Shown here in pieces: positions 20,901-35,900 of a DNA stretch of 64,000 nucleotides. Under the pieces are notes generated by a model, which was not told where the DNA came from, made no database searches, and saw only the letters and a list, made by a program, of their open reading frames with translations. Each line of letters opens with the position of its first letter. Within the stretch, counting starts at the first letter, position 1. This DNA is from an uncultured Clostridia bacterium. GTDB lineage: Bacteria > Bacillota > Clostridia > Christensenellales > CAG-917. Where the stretch lies: positions 3,618 through 67,617 of the forward strand of contig CANQBO010000010.1 of NCBI GenBank assembly GCA_947589475.1. The letters are read 5' to 3'. Both the position numbers and the translations under genes were made by a program.

Positions 20901-23900
20901 TAGCTGTCGATGATCTTTTGCTGGTCCTCGTTGTCCGACTTCGATCTGTAGTCGACGTTTATCATATAACTGCCGACTTTGAGGGCTTGACCGCCGCTCA
21001 GGTCGCTTGCGTGGTAATTTATGTACAATTTCAAGGCAAGCACGTCCAAATCGCCGTTGACAAACGCCGCGCCGCTGCTGTTTGTCGCGCTTGCGGTGTA
21101 ACTTGACTGATTGAAGATGTCCAAACGCTTGTCGGTGGCTTCGAGGTTCTTATAATGATCCAGCGCGCCGTAAGTGACGGTGCTGTCATTTACGGTGACA
21201 TTGACTTGACGCCTATTGACCGTAAACACGCCGACTCGGTTCTTATATGTGCTGCCCGAAGGATATTCTTCCTCTCCCGTCCAAGCGCCGCTGAAGCCGA
21301 TACGATAGTTGCGCAAAATTTCATCGGTGCTTTCCAGCGAAACCCCTTTGCGAGTTGCGGTCATTCCCTTGCCGTAGATCGGGTACTCGCCCGCATAGGA
21401 GAGCTGTCCGCTCTTGTCCTCGGAGCCGTAAGCGGTCGTAACAAGTTCAAACTCGACTTTCAAGCCGTCCACAAAAGCGTCGCCCGTCGCCTTGCTGCCC
21501 GCGGGCAAACCTATTCTGTACGCGGGGGCGTCGCCCTCGATGGTTTGCACAAGCTTGTGCTCATCGCCGTAAATACCGTTTTGGTTGTTGATGTGGACGT
21601 TGACTTCGCGCACGGTCACAAAGAACATGCCGCTGCCCAAACTCCTCAGCTTCTCGCTGATGGGATATTGTCCGCCCCACATAAATTCCTTGACCGCGGG
21701 ATCGGAAGAATATATCGCTTGATAGTCATCCGCATAATCTCTTTGCGCGACTTCGTCCGTAGGCATGTCTTCGCGCACCAATGTGACTTTATAGTTGGCA
21801 TTGACCTTTGCTTCGTCGAAATCTATCGTGTAGAACCCTCTCGGACGGACGGAGTATTTGTCGGTATCATATTTCCCGACAATTTGCAACTCAATGCCGA
21901 GGCTGTCGCCGGGTTTGAGACCGTAGTATTGCACGCCGTCGACTATAGCCGCGTCAAGCACATCCCAATCTGTACCTTGAATGGATGTCACGCTTATGCT
22001 TTCGCCGTAGATCGCGGACTGGTTGTATATCTCAATGCGGATATTGCGCTCGGTTATCTTGTAAACGCCTGCGTGGTTGTCGTTGGCGGAGTCGCCGTCG
22101 GTATTGCCGTCCTTGTCCCAATTGCCGCTGAAAACAACTTCGTAGTCGGGACAGTTGAATGTACCCGTTATGGCATATACGTCGACGTCGCTCTGTCCCT
22201 CGCTCAATCCTTGACGCGTGAGCGTTATGCTGAGCAAAGACCTATCGTCGCCTTTGGCAAGACCCGTGCCGTCCGCCGCAAGAGCAATGCCTTCGCCCGC
22301 GTCCTCGCCCTCGACTTTGTAGGTGAGGGGTTTTTCCTTTTCGGCATAGACGGAAGTTTGATCGTCAATGGTGACCGTCACGGGACGCTTGTTGACCTTC
22401 AGCTTTTGCTCGAACGTTGCGGAGGCGTTGGTGATTTGATAGTTGCTCGCGTTGACGCCGCTCAAGGACAAGGTGATGTCATAGCCTATGACTTCGCCGC
22501 TTTGCATCTTGACGCGCAGGAAGCCGCTTGTGGAAAGCGTTTCGCCCACGACTGTTATGTCGACTTTTACGTCGTTTATATCGCCGCCGCTCGCATATTT
22601 GTTCCACTCGCCCTCTTTGCCGTCTCTTTCAACGACTATTTCGGGATATTCTCTCGTATTGCCGTAGACGATCTCCTTCACGCTAGGCTCGACAAATTTG
22701 ACGCGGCGCGCCGTAATGTTGTATTCGACGGTCCTTGCCATAGCCATCGTGTAGTTGGCGTTGTCGTTGGACTCGTCGGCTCTTGCCAAAGCCACCGTGA
22801 CGGGATATGTGCCAACGTTGGCGGTTTCGGACGCGTTTAGGCTGTACGCCACCTCAACGATGTCGCCTTCAAACGCGCCGTCGGAAGAATAGCTCCAATC
22901 GTCGGGAACTGCGTCGCCGTACTCGCTTGTGAGGGCGACGTTGCTCTCGCTTGTGATGCCCGTCACCGTGATGAGTTTTGCCGTGACTGTCAATGTGCCC
23001 GCGGCGCCCGGCGTGGTGGGACCTGTCACAGCGTCGCCGCTCCACAGACCCGTGAAGGTGATTTCATAGTTGTCGGTGATCACCTTGACGTCGCCTGCCT
23101 TGCTTTCGTCCGTATTCAGGCTTATCCAAATGGGATATGTGCCGACGTTGAGATGACTCGAGTTGCTAAGCTGTTGATTGAGCACTTCGTACTTGATGAC
23201 GCCTTCAAAGAGTCCCTCGTCGCAAGAGAGAATGACTGCGCCTGTGGTACCGGGCAAGCTGACTATTGTATAGGCAAATTTTGCGTCCGTGCCATACACC
23301 ACGCTTTGGTCGTTGACGCGCAAGCCGATGCCGCGCTTTCCGACGGTGTAGATGCCATAGCCCTCCGTGCCCGTTGTGCCCACAAAGCTGAATTTGTAGT
23401 TGTCTGAGGTCTCGTTTGAAGCGACTTCCGCCGTGATATGGTATGTGCCCGCGACAAGATATGTCTCGCCGCGCAGGTTCTCCGCCATGTTTTGGATCGA
23501 AAGCGTTATAGCCTCTTTGATGGTCTCGCTGTCGGCGGATACAATGCCTCCTGCAAGGTCTCTCCACGTGAGGGTGGCGCGATCCTCGCCATAGGTGGAC
23601 ATCTTGTCCTCTATTGTGAGCGTGACTTCTTTTTGAGTTATCTCATACTCGCCGCAGACTTTGACTTGTTTAGCGTCATCGCTTGCAACATCCGTGCGGG
23701 TCTGCGTGCCAACCACAGTTATCTCGTACTCGTTGGTGGTGACAACAAGTTGACCCGCTTCATTCAGCTTGACCGTATCGCTCAATTCCGTCTCGGAGCT
23801 GTTAAAGATGACTGTTCCGTCGCGCGTGATGCGGATATGTATCAAATATTTCCCGACATTCTTTGCGCCTTCGACGCTCAAAGACACTTTTATTTCGGGC

Positions 23901-26900
23901 GCGGTCTTTCTGCCGCCGCCGAGGTCGACGGAATCCACAAATGTAACGGTGTAATTGTCGTCATCGTTTGTGACTTCTTCCGTCCAACCGCGGTTTTTGC
24001 TGTTCAGGCCTGTCATTGTGAGCGCTTCGCCGTTGTAGGCGCGTTTTTGATCAAGCACTTTCACGGTGACTTGACGTTTTGCCACGGTGAAGGTGCCCGC
24101 TTTGCCCTTCAACTCCGTGCCGTCGTCATAAGAGCCTTCGCCGTCCCAACTGCCCGTGAAGGTCACATCGTAGTTGGCGTTGTTGCACACTGCCTTGATT
24201 GCGCACTTGCCCGCGTAGTCCGCACTGCTCGTGTCGTTGTTGAGCGTGAGTACGATCTGCAACGAGTCGCCGGGAATGATGTAGGTCTTTGCGGCAAGAT
24301 TATCTCCGCTGATGCCTGTCTTATCGGTGAAGTCGACGATATACCAACCGAGGTCTTTCTCGTTTGTGCCCTGCAGTTGGCTTAGGTTGGTGTAGGTGCG
24401 ACCGCCGAAAACGCCGCCTTGATCGTTGACGTGTACGGTGAGTTTACGCTCCGTAATGGTGTATGTGCCCGCATGGTCTTTGTTGGAGCCATCTTCGTTC
24501 CAACTGCCCGTGAAGGTCACTTCGTAATTGCCGTTGTTGTTCCAATTGCCCGTGATGGCATACTTTCCTTTGTCTCTGCCGCCATTCTTGAGCAGCTCGA
24601 TGCCGAGGTCGTCACTGCCGATGATGCCCTGATCGTGCGTATCGGTCTCGTCGTTGGTGCAAGTGATCGCGCCTTGTGTCAATGCGGCAAAGTTCTCGCC
24701 GTAGACGGAAGTCGCGTCCTTGATTTCGACGCTCAAACTACGCTTGTTGACCGTGAATTTATTGCCGCCCTCGTAGGAGAGAGCATAGTTGGTCATGATG
24801 TCCGCGTCCGCGTCATCGCGCCATGCGGCGCTTGCGGAGTAGACGTTTGCGGCTTTGGCTTCGCCCGGCAGATTGAGTTGAATTGCTTTTGCAAACAGAG
24901 CTTGATCGTCGTCAAGAACGCCATCTGCCGACCAATAATCGTTGGCAAATGTTTCAACGGTCTTGCTCTTTGTATTGAAGTCCGCCGCCCAATCGGTGCC
25001 GTTGTAGACTGCGTAAGATTGCGTAGTCACAGTGACTGTGACGGCAAGCGGCTTAATTGTGAATGTGCCGTTTTGTATGCGGTCGATGACATAGTTGTTT
25101 TTGTCGCCTTCGTTTGTGACTTCGCCGACGATCTCATAGTTGCCCGCATTCCACTTGCCGCTTTCCACAGGCTTGACGCCGAGAGAAATTCGGAAGTCCT
25201 CTTCCTCCCCTTCGACAAACGGAGGCATGCTGCCGTTCAATACGTTGGTCGCTCTCCAAGCATCCGAAAGTTCTGCCTTTTGCTTGACGGTAGGCGCAAC
25301 GCCTGTGCCTTTGTAATCGTCCTCCTGGTTGGCGACGGTTATTTCCAAACGGCGCGGATAGATGCGATAACCGTTTTCAACCGTATACTCGGTATGCTCG
25401 TCATTCCAACTGCCGCTGATTGCATGACTATTGACGTCTTCTGCCGTCACGTTGTTGTCATCGGTTTTGATGTTGTGCTGGCACTCGAACGTTACGTCGT
25501 AGTTGCCATTGTTGTAGGTGACCTCGATTGCGTACCACCCCGCGTTGAGCTGTTTTCCTTTCTCGCTGAGGTAGCTATTAGCATCCACGATTGTGACCGC
25601 GATGCCCAGATTGTCACCTTCATACACGGTGCTGCCTTTCTTCACAACCCATGCGTTGTATTGAGTGGAGTCGATGCCTTTATGTTGATTGTTGCCATAC
25701 ACGCCGCTTTGGCTGTAAATCGTGACCGTAACACTGCATTTATCTATGGTGTAAGTGCCCGCTTCGCCGTCTATTACGTCAAAGTTGTTGCCGGGGCTTA
25801 ATTTATTCTCCCAGCTGCCCGTCCAAGACATGACTTGGTAGTTGGTGTTTGCGCACGTTGCCACAATAGGATAGCTGCCCGCATTCAAGCTGATGTGCGT
25901 ATTAAGCAAAGTGATTTGCAAGTCATCGCTATTCACTATGGCGTCACCTGGTGTGTAGGTGCTTGACTCATCCAACTTGGCTTCCCACGTACCCTCGCCC
26001 TGTTCGAGTGTGACTGCTTCACCGTCGTAGGTCTTGCTTTGATCATTTATTTGCACCGTGATTCGGCGCGGTGTGATCGTCACGGCATTGATGCCGTTTT
26101 CAAAGTTGACAATGTAGCTGCCGGTCGTCGTGTATGTGCCGGTAATTGAGTATACGCCGACATCGAAGCCCGGATTCTTTGACAGCTTTACGCCGAGTAT
26201 GCTATCTTCGTCGCCCTCTGCAAGAACGCTGCCCTCTTTGAGTCCCCATGAGTACTCATTCTGTTTGGGCTCTTGTCCGTCGTACTCATGTTCAATGTGC
26301 GTTATCTCGATTATTATTGATTTGGGAGTGACCTCAAAGACGCCCGCGTGAGCCTTGTAGGACGTTTGCTCAACGCCGCTGTCTGCGCCATATTCGCCAT
26401 CTTCGCCGTCGAAGTTGCCCGCGAGAGTTATCTTGTATTGAGCGCCAACGTTGTAAGTGTACCCTGCGTCGGTCGTTCCGCTTGCAAGATAATATGTAGA
26501 CTCTGTGTCGCCCACAACGTACTTGACGACGATGGCGTACTTGCCCACGTTGAGCCACTTGTTTGTGCCCGCGCTCCAATTGTCGTTGTGAACAACGGAA
26601 AGCGAGATGCCTTTGAGCAAAGCGTCCTTATCGTCCGAAAGAATCGCGTCGCCTTGATAACTCGATACGTTGTAACTGTCCTTGATCAAGCTCTCTTTGT
26701 CCAACATCGAGCCGTTTTCTATGTCTTCTTGCTTATAAGTGCCGTATTCGGAAATGAGGTCGCCTATCGTCAACACGATCTCGCGCGGCGTGACCTCGTA
26801 TGTGCCCGCTGTCTTTTGATTGTCGCCTTCGCCGCTCCAACTGCCCACAAATTTGACATTGTAGTTTTCGTTGACGGATTCCAAATGCACGCTGCCGTCG

Positions 26901-29900
26901 TCGCTGTTGACAATGGCGTATGTGCCCACAAGCAAACTGCCGTCCTTTTGATTATAGTGACCGTCCTTTATGGCAAGATTTATGTTGAGGCTGTCGTTTT
27001 TGTAAACGATGTAGTGCTTCGATGAGGATTCCGACGCATCCCAATCGGCTTTCCAATCCCACTCCACGCCATGGTCGCTGTATTTATCGGGGTCTACAAG
27101 TCTCCAACCTACGTTTTCCACATTGCTGAGCGCAAGCGATTGACCGTATGGCGATGTTTGGTCGATGATCTCCACCACCACGTTGCGAGCGACGATCTCG
27201 AATGCGCCCAAGACCTCTCTTGTGCCCGTGAAGTTGCCGCCCGCGCTTATAGTTGCGTTTGCGTCGCCTACGTTGACGTTGTTCAGGTAACCTATGATCT
27301 TAAACAGATCGTCTGTCAACTCAACTTCGCCGCTCTCCGTGTTTGCGCCTTTCTTGAAGATGATGGTTATGTCGCCGTCCGGCGTGACGGTCACGGACGA
27401 AATTGTGTTTTCTATCGTCATGCCCGTGTAGACCTTACTCGGCATTTCCACTTTGAACTCTTTTACGCTGTTTATATCAAGAGGCAGTATTTCAAACGTG
27501 CCCGTGGAACTTTGCTCGTCGCTCCTATTGTTGAAGGCATAGTTGCCCTTTTCGAGGGTCACTTGCACGTCGTACTTGTTTGCGTCAACGGGCTTTTTCT
27601 CGCTGAACGCGGCACTGCTCCTGTTCACGCGGTATTGCAAAGAGAACTTCTCTGCAATCTCTTCGTTTGCCGTCTCATCGTTTAGAGTATCGGTCTCATT
27701 GAGCAACGAGAATGTGACGTCGGGGGTCTGCTCCTTGCCGTTGTAGGTCGTGGACGCCATTTCGTTCAATTGCACAAGAGCCGGGTCGATGATGAATACT
27801 TTGGTTTGATTGACGGTATTGTTTTCGTCCGCCTTTATCCCTTGATTGCCGAAGCGGAAGTTGATGGCGTCGTCATCGCCGTTAAGCGTAACCGTGACGT
27901 CATAGTTGCCCGCGTTCAAAGGCTTGCTGTTCACTCCAAGCAAAGCGTTGTTGTCGGGACCCGCGCTGACCGCATAAGCGACCTCGTATGCCACGGGCAA
28001 AGCGGCGTTGTTGACGTTTGCATTGCGGAAGGAAACTGCGGCCTCATCTTTCAGGTCGTACTCGGCGTGCTTATAGGTGAGATGCGCGAAGTCATTGAGG
28101 TTGACCGTCGCGGGATTTATGCGATATACGATGGTCACAACGGGCACGTCCTTTGCAACGTCGGCGTAAATGCCGACAGCCGCGCCTTCGGTAGACGCAG
28201 GAGCTTCTTCTTGCCACTTGAGCACAGCCCCGCAGTTTGTCCGCCAATAGGTTTCGTCGGTGTCCCAGCGGTAGTTGGAATTTGTGAGAGTGATGGTTAT
28301 GCTGTACAAGCCCGCATAGGTCGAATTTTTTTCATCCGCGCCGAAGTTGTACTTCGTGTCGGTTGAATACTCGCCCGTGCGCGGGATCGTGTATGCGGAA
28401 TAGAACGCATACGTCGGCGTGTGACGCATTGCGTCGTACTCGAATGTGAGCGCGTCGGGCGATTCGTGATCGAAATCGGGATTGATGGAAACGGACGCCT
28501 TTGCCACCTCCACCTGCACGATGTACAAACCCGAATAGTTGCCTTGTCCCTTCGCCGTCACGCGGTAAATGCCCGCGTCGACAATTGCTTCTTGCTCTAT
28601 CTTTTCCCAGACCGCCTCGTTGGAGTTGGCGTCGCCCGAAACGAGCTTGTAATAGTTTTGGATATAGTCCGAGCCTGCCGCAATCGAAACCATAGGCTCC
28701 ACGACCTTATTGTAAAGGCGCGTCGCCACACCGTTTTGGCGCAACCCATTGTAAGTGAGGCTAAGCGCGGAGGCGATGGTCTCTTCGATCTGCGAGTCGT
28801 TGTCAAACGTTTTGTACTCGGAAATCGTGAACTTTGTGCCTTCCTCGTTCACTTCGCCCGTGCCCAAAGACTTCGGCGAAATGTCGAAGTGCAAGGTGAG
28901 ACTTCCCGAGAAGTTGTGTACGCCCGAGATCTGCACCGTGCCGCGGATCGTATCCTCATTGCCGACGTTGATGTTGTTGCTGTGGTTGATGTTTACTTCT
29001 TCGCCCGCCTCGAGCGTTCTGCCTGTCCCGTCGTTCAAGGTCTTGACCTTTACGCCCTTTACAGGTTCCCACGCGGTCGTGACATACGGGAACTTGTCGC
29101 CGTTGTACAAAAGCTCGGTCCAAGCGTCGCTCTTTTGCGAAGCGTTAGCTATAAGTTCAAGCTCCACGTTGTCCTGCGACAGCGCAAGCGCGTTGATGCT
29201 GTATGTCAACGTCGTTTCATACGCTCCGCCCGAGAATTGAAAGTTTCCTCCCTCTTTAAGCTTGATGACGACGGAATAGGTGCCGACATGTTTGTGCCCG
29301 TCTGTCAATTCGCCGACCTTTGTGCTGTTGCCCTCTTCATGTCCCGCCCAGCCGTCATAGCCGTATTGCGCGTAATAGTTTTTGTCTGTGAAGGTGTCGT
29401 CCTCTTTAAAGACGGGCGTGCGACTTATAGGCAGTGCGCCCGTATTGTCCGCGTTTGTAAACCACACCCAAAGCGCGTGCGATTTGCCGTCGTAAGTTAT
29501 CTGCAGGTCTGCGCCCGTAAGTTGCTTCTCGGCGTCGGTCGTATATGCGGTGTCCTCTTTGTCAAACAGATAGGGGTTGAGCGTCGCCGGGGTTATCGTG
29601 AAGGTGAATTCCCTCATGATGTGGCAACCGTCATCCGCCTTGCCCGCTGTGCAAGATGGTCTCAAAGCCTCGTCTTCGGGGAAAGAACCGCCGTCTATAT
29701 CATAGTTGCAGTTGTCAAGCACAAGTTTGAGCGTGAGCGTGCCGACGTAAGTGAATATGTTGCGCAGTTTCTGAATGTCGTCCGCATGGTCTCTGACAGC
29801 CTCTGCGGTAAACGTGACTACGCCGTCATCTGCATATGTGAAGTGCATATGATTGTGCCGGTCCGTATACTCTCCTGTGCCGTCGCAGAAGGGCGTGCAT

Positions 29901-32900
29901 TCGCCAAGGTGGACAAAGTTGCCTTCTTTCTGGTCCGTCGTATAGTGGAACACGGCAACTAGTTTGCCATCTTTGTAAATATAAAGTTTGTACGGAACGT
30001 CGTTGACCTTTGCGGTACTGCGCAGGTTGAGGAAGTCGATTGCCACCGCGTCGTTGGTGTGCCTGCCTTTTGCGCCCACATTTACGCCCCTGTCCGAGCC
30101 TTTAAGCAGATCCTCTTCGGGCTGTTCCTTATAAAGATTGTAGTCAAATACGGCTGTCGTCTTCTTTTGCAAAAGACTTATCGCAAGTTGCTCTATCTCG
30201 AAAGTAGATTGATAATAACAGCCCGCGCCGAACGTCAAGCTCAAGCCGCTGAGCGTTTTAATGTTAAGCTCTTCGCTTGTTATCTCGTTGCCCGTGTTCG
30301 TCGGATTGTTTGTGGCGACCGCAAGTTTATCCGTGAGCGAGCCGAAAATCGTGCTCGGGGTCAAAGTGGTCTCTTCCTCGTTTGCGCCCGAGATCTCAAA
30401 GTTGTTTGCGGCATCTCCCAACAGCACCACGCCGACGTCGTAGGTGTCCGCATAGCTCGGCAAGCCGATGAAGCCTTTGGCTTCATCAAAGCGTGACATC
30501 TCAAATGTCTGCAGGGTGAACCTAGGCGCAAAATACACGCCCCAATCGCCGTCGGCAGGCACAGTTGCCGCATTTGCGCTGTTGACAAACCTTACATTCG
30601 GCACTTGCAAAGCGCGGTCGAAAATGACGGTGCCGAACGCCGCGACGGAGATCTTCGCCTTGTTTACGATGACCTCGATGACGTACGCGCCCGTGAAGTT
30701 GCCGTCCTCTTTCGCTTTGGCTACCACATAATACGTGCCCGCGTTGATGGCGGTCTCGTTGCTTCCGAGTCCGTCGCCGAGCCACTTGTAATCGCTTTCG
30801 CCGGTCTTCTGCCAATATGTGACGATATAATCGGAAGTACGTCTGATGAAATATTCGTCGTCCCCGCGGTTGAGCGTGAGCGTGCTCGACATATCAAATG
30901 GGCTACCCGTATATGTGAAGGGACCTATGGCTGTGTTTTCAATATCTTTGTTGTTGCCGAAATTCTCGCCTTCGCCGAGAGTGAGTACGCTCACATCTCC
31001 GCTACCTTCGACATTCGATGTGCCCAACGGACGTTTCGCTATTTCAAACGTGACCGTCACGGTGCCCGTATAATCCTGCAAGCCGTTTATGGTTATTTTC
31101 GCATTTTTGCCCGCATTCATATTGTTGCTGTATACGACGTTATAATCGGAGTCGGCGATCAGGATCTTATACGTGTTTTCTCCGTCCGTCATGACCGACT
31201 TCGCGAGGTTTGTCGCGCAGACTTCTTGAAGCGGAGTCTTTGCCAAGCCGTCGTACATGGAATCGCCGCCTCTAAGTATGCCGCCCGCCTCTTCGCCTTT
31301 TGTAAATGTGAGCTTTCTGTTGCCTTCATCGGACAGATTATATTGCGATATAGTAAAGTTGGTCGTTGTCTCCGACGCGCCGCCCGAGAATTTGAAGTTG
31401 CCGCCCTCTTTGAGGTGCGCGGTGAGAGCATATGTGCCCGCGTGGACATATTGCGTCGCGGCGTCCCCTCCCGTATACCAGCCGCTGTACGAGGACGACA
31501 GCCAAAACTCGTTTTCGCCCTGAGTATAGTCGTTTGTCTTGTCATACAAGGGTAAAACATCCGGATTCAGGCTGTTTACAAGCTTCACATCGTGCGTCTC
31601 GGAATTGAGCGATTTCTTGTGATCCGCCCCGTCGAACGTACAACTCAATGCGCCCCAATCAACGCTTATCGTTGCCTGTTCTATGACGAAATTGCGCGTG
31701 ACTTTATTGCCCGCGATGCCTGCGACGGTATAGTTGTTTAAAGCCTCTTCCGTAAAGACGATATTGACTGTATAAGTGCGCGCGTTGTATGGAGCATTAT
31801 GCCCGCCAAGTTGATCCTCTTCGTAAGTTATGCTGTAGTTTGCGCCCTCTTCATTCGGGACGGGGTTGCCGATGCTGTCCGTAACGCTTACGTTTACGGG
31901 ATGTTCCACTTTGTCGAATACGACGGACGAAGGCGTCCCGACCACCATTGTAGCTTTGTTAATGGTATAGTTGAGACTTGACGTATCCACAGCGAAGTCA
32001 TTCGCCGCGGAGCCGTTCAACTTGAAAGCTATATCGTATGTGCCCGCGTTGAGCAGTGATTCCACAATGGAACCGTCATCCGCCACGTTGGGTTTCTTGT
32101 ACGTGATTATCCACTGATAGCCGTCCGTCTCGCTCTGGGAGGGCATGACGTTTTGGGGGTTTGGAGTGCCTATGGTGAGTCCCGCGAGGTCGGGTATCTT
32201 GCGCTCTGCGCCGTTATAAGTCCAACTTGACCCGCTTGCCGTGTAGGTGTTGATCTTAAGCCCCGCTTTTTCGACCGTAAGCACATCCTCATTGCTCGTG
32301 ACGGAGTCCTTTTGGTCGGTATCGCCGTCTGCGTCGACCGTATAATTTGTGCCCGCCACAAAGCGGTAGTTGCGCGTAGTCGTAGCCACGCTGTCGTTTG
32401 ACAGCGCCAGCTTAAACGCATACTTGCCCGCGTGGAAAAGCTCGCTCTCATGGTCGTTTGGCTCAAATGAGCTGTTCGGGGTCCACTTTCCTATTGATAT
32501 ATTATAGTCGCTTGTTGTCAGCAAGTTTTTGCCGTGTCCCTCTACTACTTCCAGCGAGAGGATGTCGGTCGGGGCGTACGCGGAGTTGCGGAAAACCATA
32601 TCCTTCGCCGCCGCAGAGAGTTTCACCTCGAGTTCCGCAGGCAGAATGGCGATCACAGTGCCCTCGGGCGCTTCTTCGCCGTTGTATCCCGCGATTGCGC
32701 TACCCTCCCAAGAGGCGCTCCACGTGATCTGCGTGGCGTTTGTATCGGTGTTGAGGGTATATCCGTCGCCCGCGACAAACTCTATGTTGTTTATTGCGTC
32801 GACTCCCTGCAGTTGCACGATGAGGACGTAATAGCCCGCGTCGATCGCGGTGACCGCGCCGAAGCCCGTTTTTTCGGTATCCACGCGATACGTCACTCTA

Positions 32901-35900
32901 TAGCCGTGAATGTTCTCGTTGGCGTTGTATTCGGGTGCGGTAAATGTCTCGCCCTCTATCGTATTTTCAAGTTTAAAGTGGGCGCCAAAGAAGCCCGCCG
33001 CCTTATCCGTGCCGTCATAGTAGACCCCTTCCGTAGGCAGTGCCTCTGTCAACACCAGCTTATTTCTTGCCTTGTTGATGACAAAGTCTATCTCGGCGGA
33101 GTTGGACGAGACATTTTTCCAAGTGTTTTTGGTGCCGAAAGTCGGGTCAACGCCGCTTGTTGAATAGTCAAACGCGTCCGACTCGTCCGAATTTATAAAA
33201 TCGGTGGAAATGACAAAGTTCCTTGCGCCGTCGCCCTGCAAAGCAAAGCGATAGGTGTAGGTGCCCGCGTTGATGAGTTGCGTATATACGCCGCCGTTCA
33301 TGGTGAACTGACGCACAGACCAACCGTTTTCTGCGGGACCGGAGCCTTGCGCGCCCCAAATCGCCAAAGCCGCGTCGCTGCCGTGACCGCTGTATATCTT
33401 GACGGTGACCAAACCCGCGGCACGTTGTTGGTTGCCCTGCGGGAATTTGGCATAGTAGTCCGTTTTATTGTAGAACACATTGCGGTTGACGCTCGTGCTC
33501 AGCGCAAGTTCCGCGGGCTTTATGGTGAACTGTTGATTGAGTTTGTTTTCGTCGGCGCGGTCGGTCAAAAGCGTATCCTGCCACGCGTAATTCGTCCCGT
33601 CCGTGAAAGTGAACGGCGCGGTGTAGGTGCCCGCAAACCAATACTCTTTCGGATCGCCGTCTATTTCTATGCCTTCCGGCGGTGTTTTGTCGGAAAAATA
33701 TGTGCCGCTGCCCTCGGGGGCGCTCATTGTGTAAATGTTGGGGACGGCGTCGTCGCTATCCTTGCCCAACAACTCGTTTTTGCGTTCCGAAGTCCAGCAT
33801 TCCGATGGCAGTTCGTTTACGCCCTCGGGGATCACCACTTCGGCATGCTTTGCGATGTGCGTGCCTATCGTGTCGCTTGTAATTCGCGTGCCGAAATACA
33901 ACTCATCGCTGAACGTCGGCGAGGTGATCTGCAACTTGTTTATGGTGACTCTCGCGGCGAGGTAGCCGCTGACTTTCGATTCGCCGACATCCGATTGCAT
34001 TGCGCCGGGATTGTTGTTGTTGATGAGAGTTACTTCATAGTCCTTGTTGATTTGGGCGTCGGGGTTCTTGCTGATGAGGACATATATGTCGTATGACCCT
34101 GCCTTGACCTCATTTGGCTTAAAGTCGGGCACATAGGACGCAAGCGCTTCGTTGACGTCGTCGCCAAGCACCAAATCGCCGCCCACGGGTTGCGCCGCCG
34201 CGGTAGTGACGGAAATATGCTCATATGAAGTACTGCCGTAATACGTCCAGGTGTAGGTGTCCGTGCCCGCGATACGGGTCGGGGTAAGCATTATATTTTT
34301 CTGGTCGTCGATTTCGGGTGTGACAATACCGAGCGACGATATATCGCGGTACAGCGATACGTTCAGCGCGAGCGGCCTCGGCTCGACGGTGATTTTGCTT
34401 GTCGGAGCGCTGTCTGCGGAGGCAAATTCGTAGTCCTGATAACCGTTTGTTGCGTCGATTTTTATGCCGACGGTGAATTGCAAGTTTTGACCGACGTGCG
34501 GGGTTATATCGTCGTCGCCCTTGCCGCTTATGGACAAGGTGTAGGCGTCCTTAGGGGTCTGACCCGCGGGCAAGCCCTCGGTGGTCGTTATTGCGGAGCC
34601 GTAAAGGAAGTCCTCCACCGTGCCGAAATCATCATATCCCGCTTGTTTATCGGCATAGACATAGTCACCGTAGGTTATCGTCTGGGGTCTCGTCGTGACG
34701 GTGACCTTCTTTCTGAGCACGTCAAACTCGGAGATCTGCCACGTGGAATTTGTGCTTGTCAAGCCGTTTACCCACGTTTGGAAAGCGGCTTCGTCCATAG
34801 TCGTGTTGTCGAAAGTTTCCGACCAATCGCCCGCAAATATGACCCAAGAACCCGCATGCGTCCCCGAATTGAAATACTCGTTAAATGCGGTAGCAAATTG
34901 ACCTTCCGTGATGTCAACAACATTTTCGAGGCGATAGATCCCTGCGTCGTCCTTGCGGAACATCGTGAATGTACCCTGAGATACGCCGTCTCGCGGTTGG
35001 TTGAAATATCTGTACGGGTCGTCGCCGTACGTCCAGTGTCTGTTTTCGTAATCGGTGGTGGTGTTCAGTTTGAGGCGGAACACGCTGTACAGCACTACTT
35101 GGTCGTTTTTGTCAAGTTGGTCGCGTGTGATAGAAAAGTCTTGTCCTATCGGGATATAGCTGTCTTTGTCGGGTTCTCTCACCCATACTTTGCCGCCGAC
35201 GGTGCTATCCATCGTCCAACCGATAAACTCAGCAGAGGGGTGCTCAAAAGCCGGCGCGGGCAAATTGACCGTGCTGACAAGCCCCGTTTTGTCCGTAGGA
35301 GTGACTTCGGGCAATGAGCCGGTCATTGTTTGCTCATACTCACGCTTGTTGACTTTAAGCAACGCCCTGCCCGTATCGTCATACACCATATCGCCGGGAA
35401 TGTTCTCGCCGGTTATCGTCTCTGTGAGACCGTGTTGGAAATGCACCGAAGCGTATATATCTATGGATATTGTAAATTGAGTTATAAACCTTTTTACTCC
35501 GTCTTCGCCGCCAGCATCGTAGTTTGAACTGCCGTTGTTTTTTATTGCATCAGCCAAAGCGTCGTTTTCATAGAATATTTGGAAAGAATATGTACCGCTG
35601 TCCGGCGCCTCGTCCCAAAACAGCATATAAAAGTCTTGCGCCGCGCCCTTATCTTTATTCTTATCCTGCGGGTCTCCGACAGTATCTTTCGGCAACAGTG
35701 TGACCTCCGTCCCATCTGCTTGTATCAATTTGCCGTAGTCATCTTGTTTGATTTTTACGGGTCCGTCCATTTGATTGAGCAATTCAACGTTTGATATTCT
35801 GTTGAGTTGGTTCATCATTCTGACGCCGAAGCGCAAGTTCGCGCCATAGCCGAAAAATGTGCCTTGAGAGTCGTACTTTTCAACAGGGATAGCAAACACG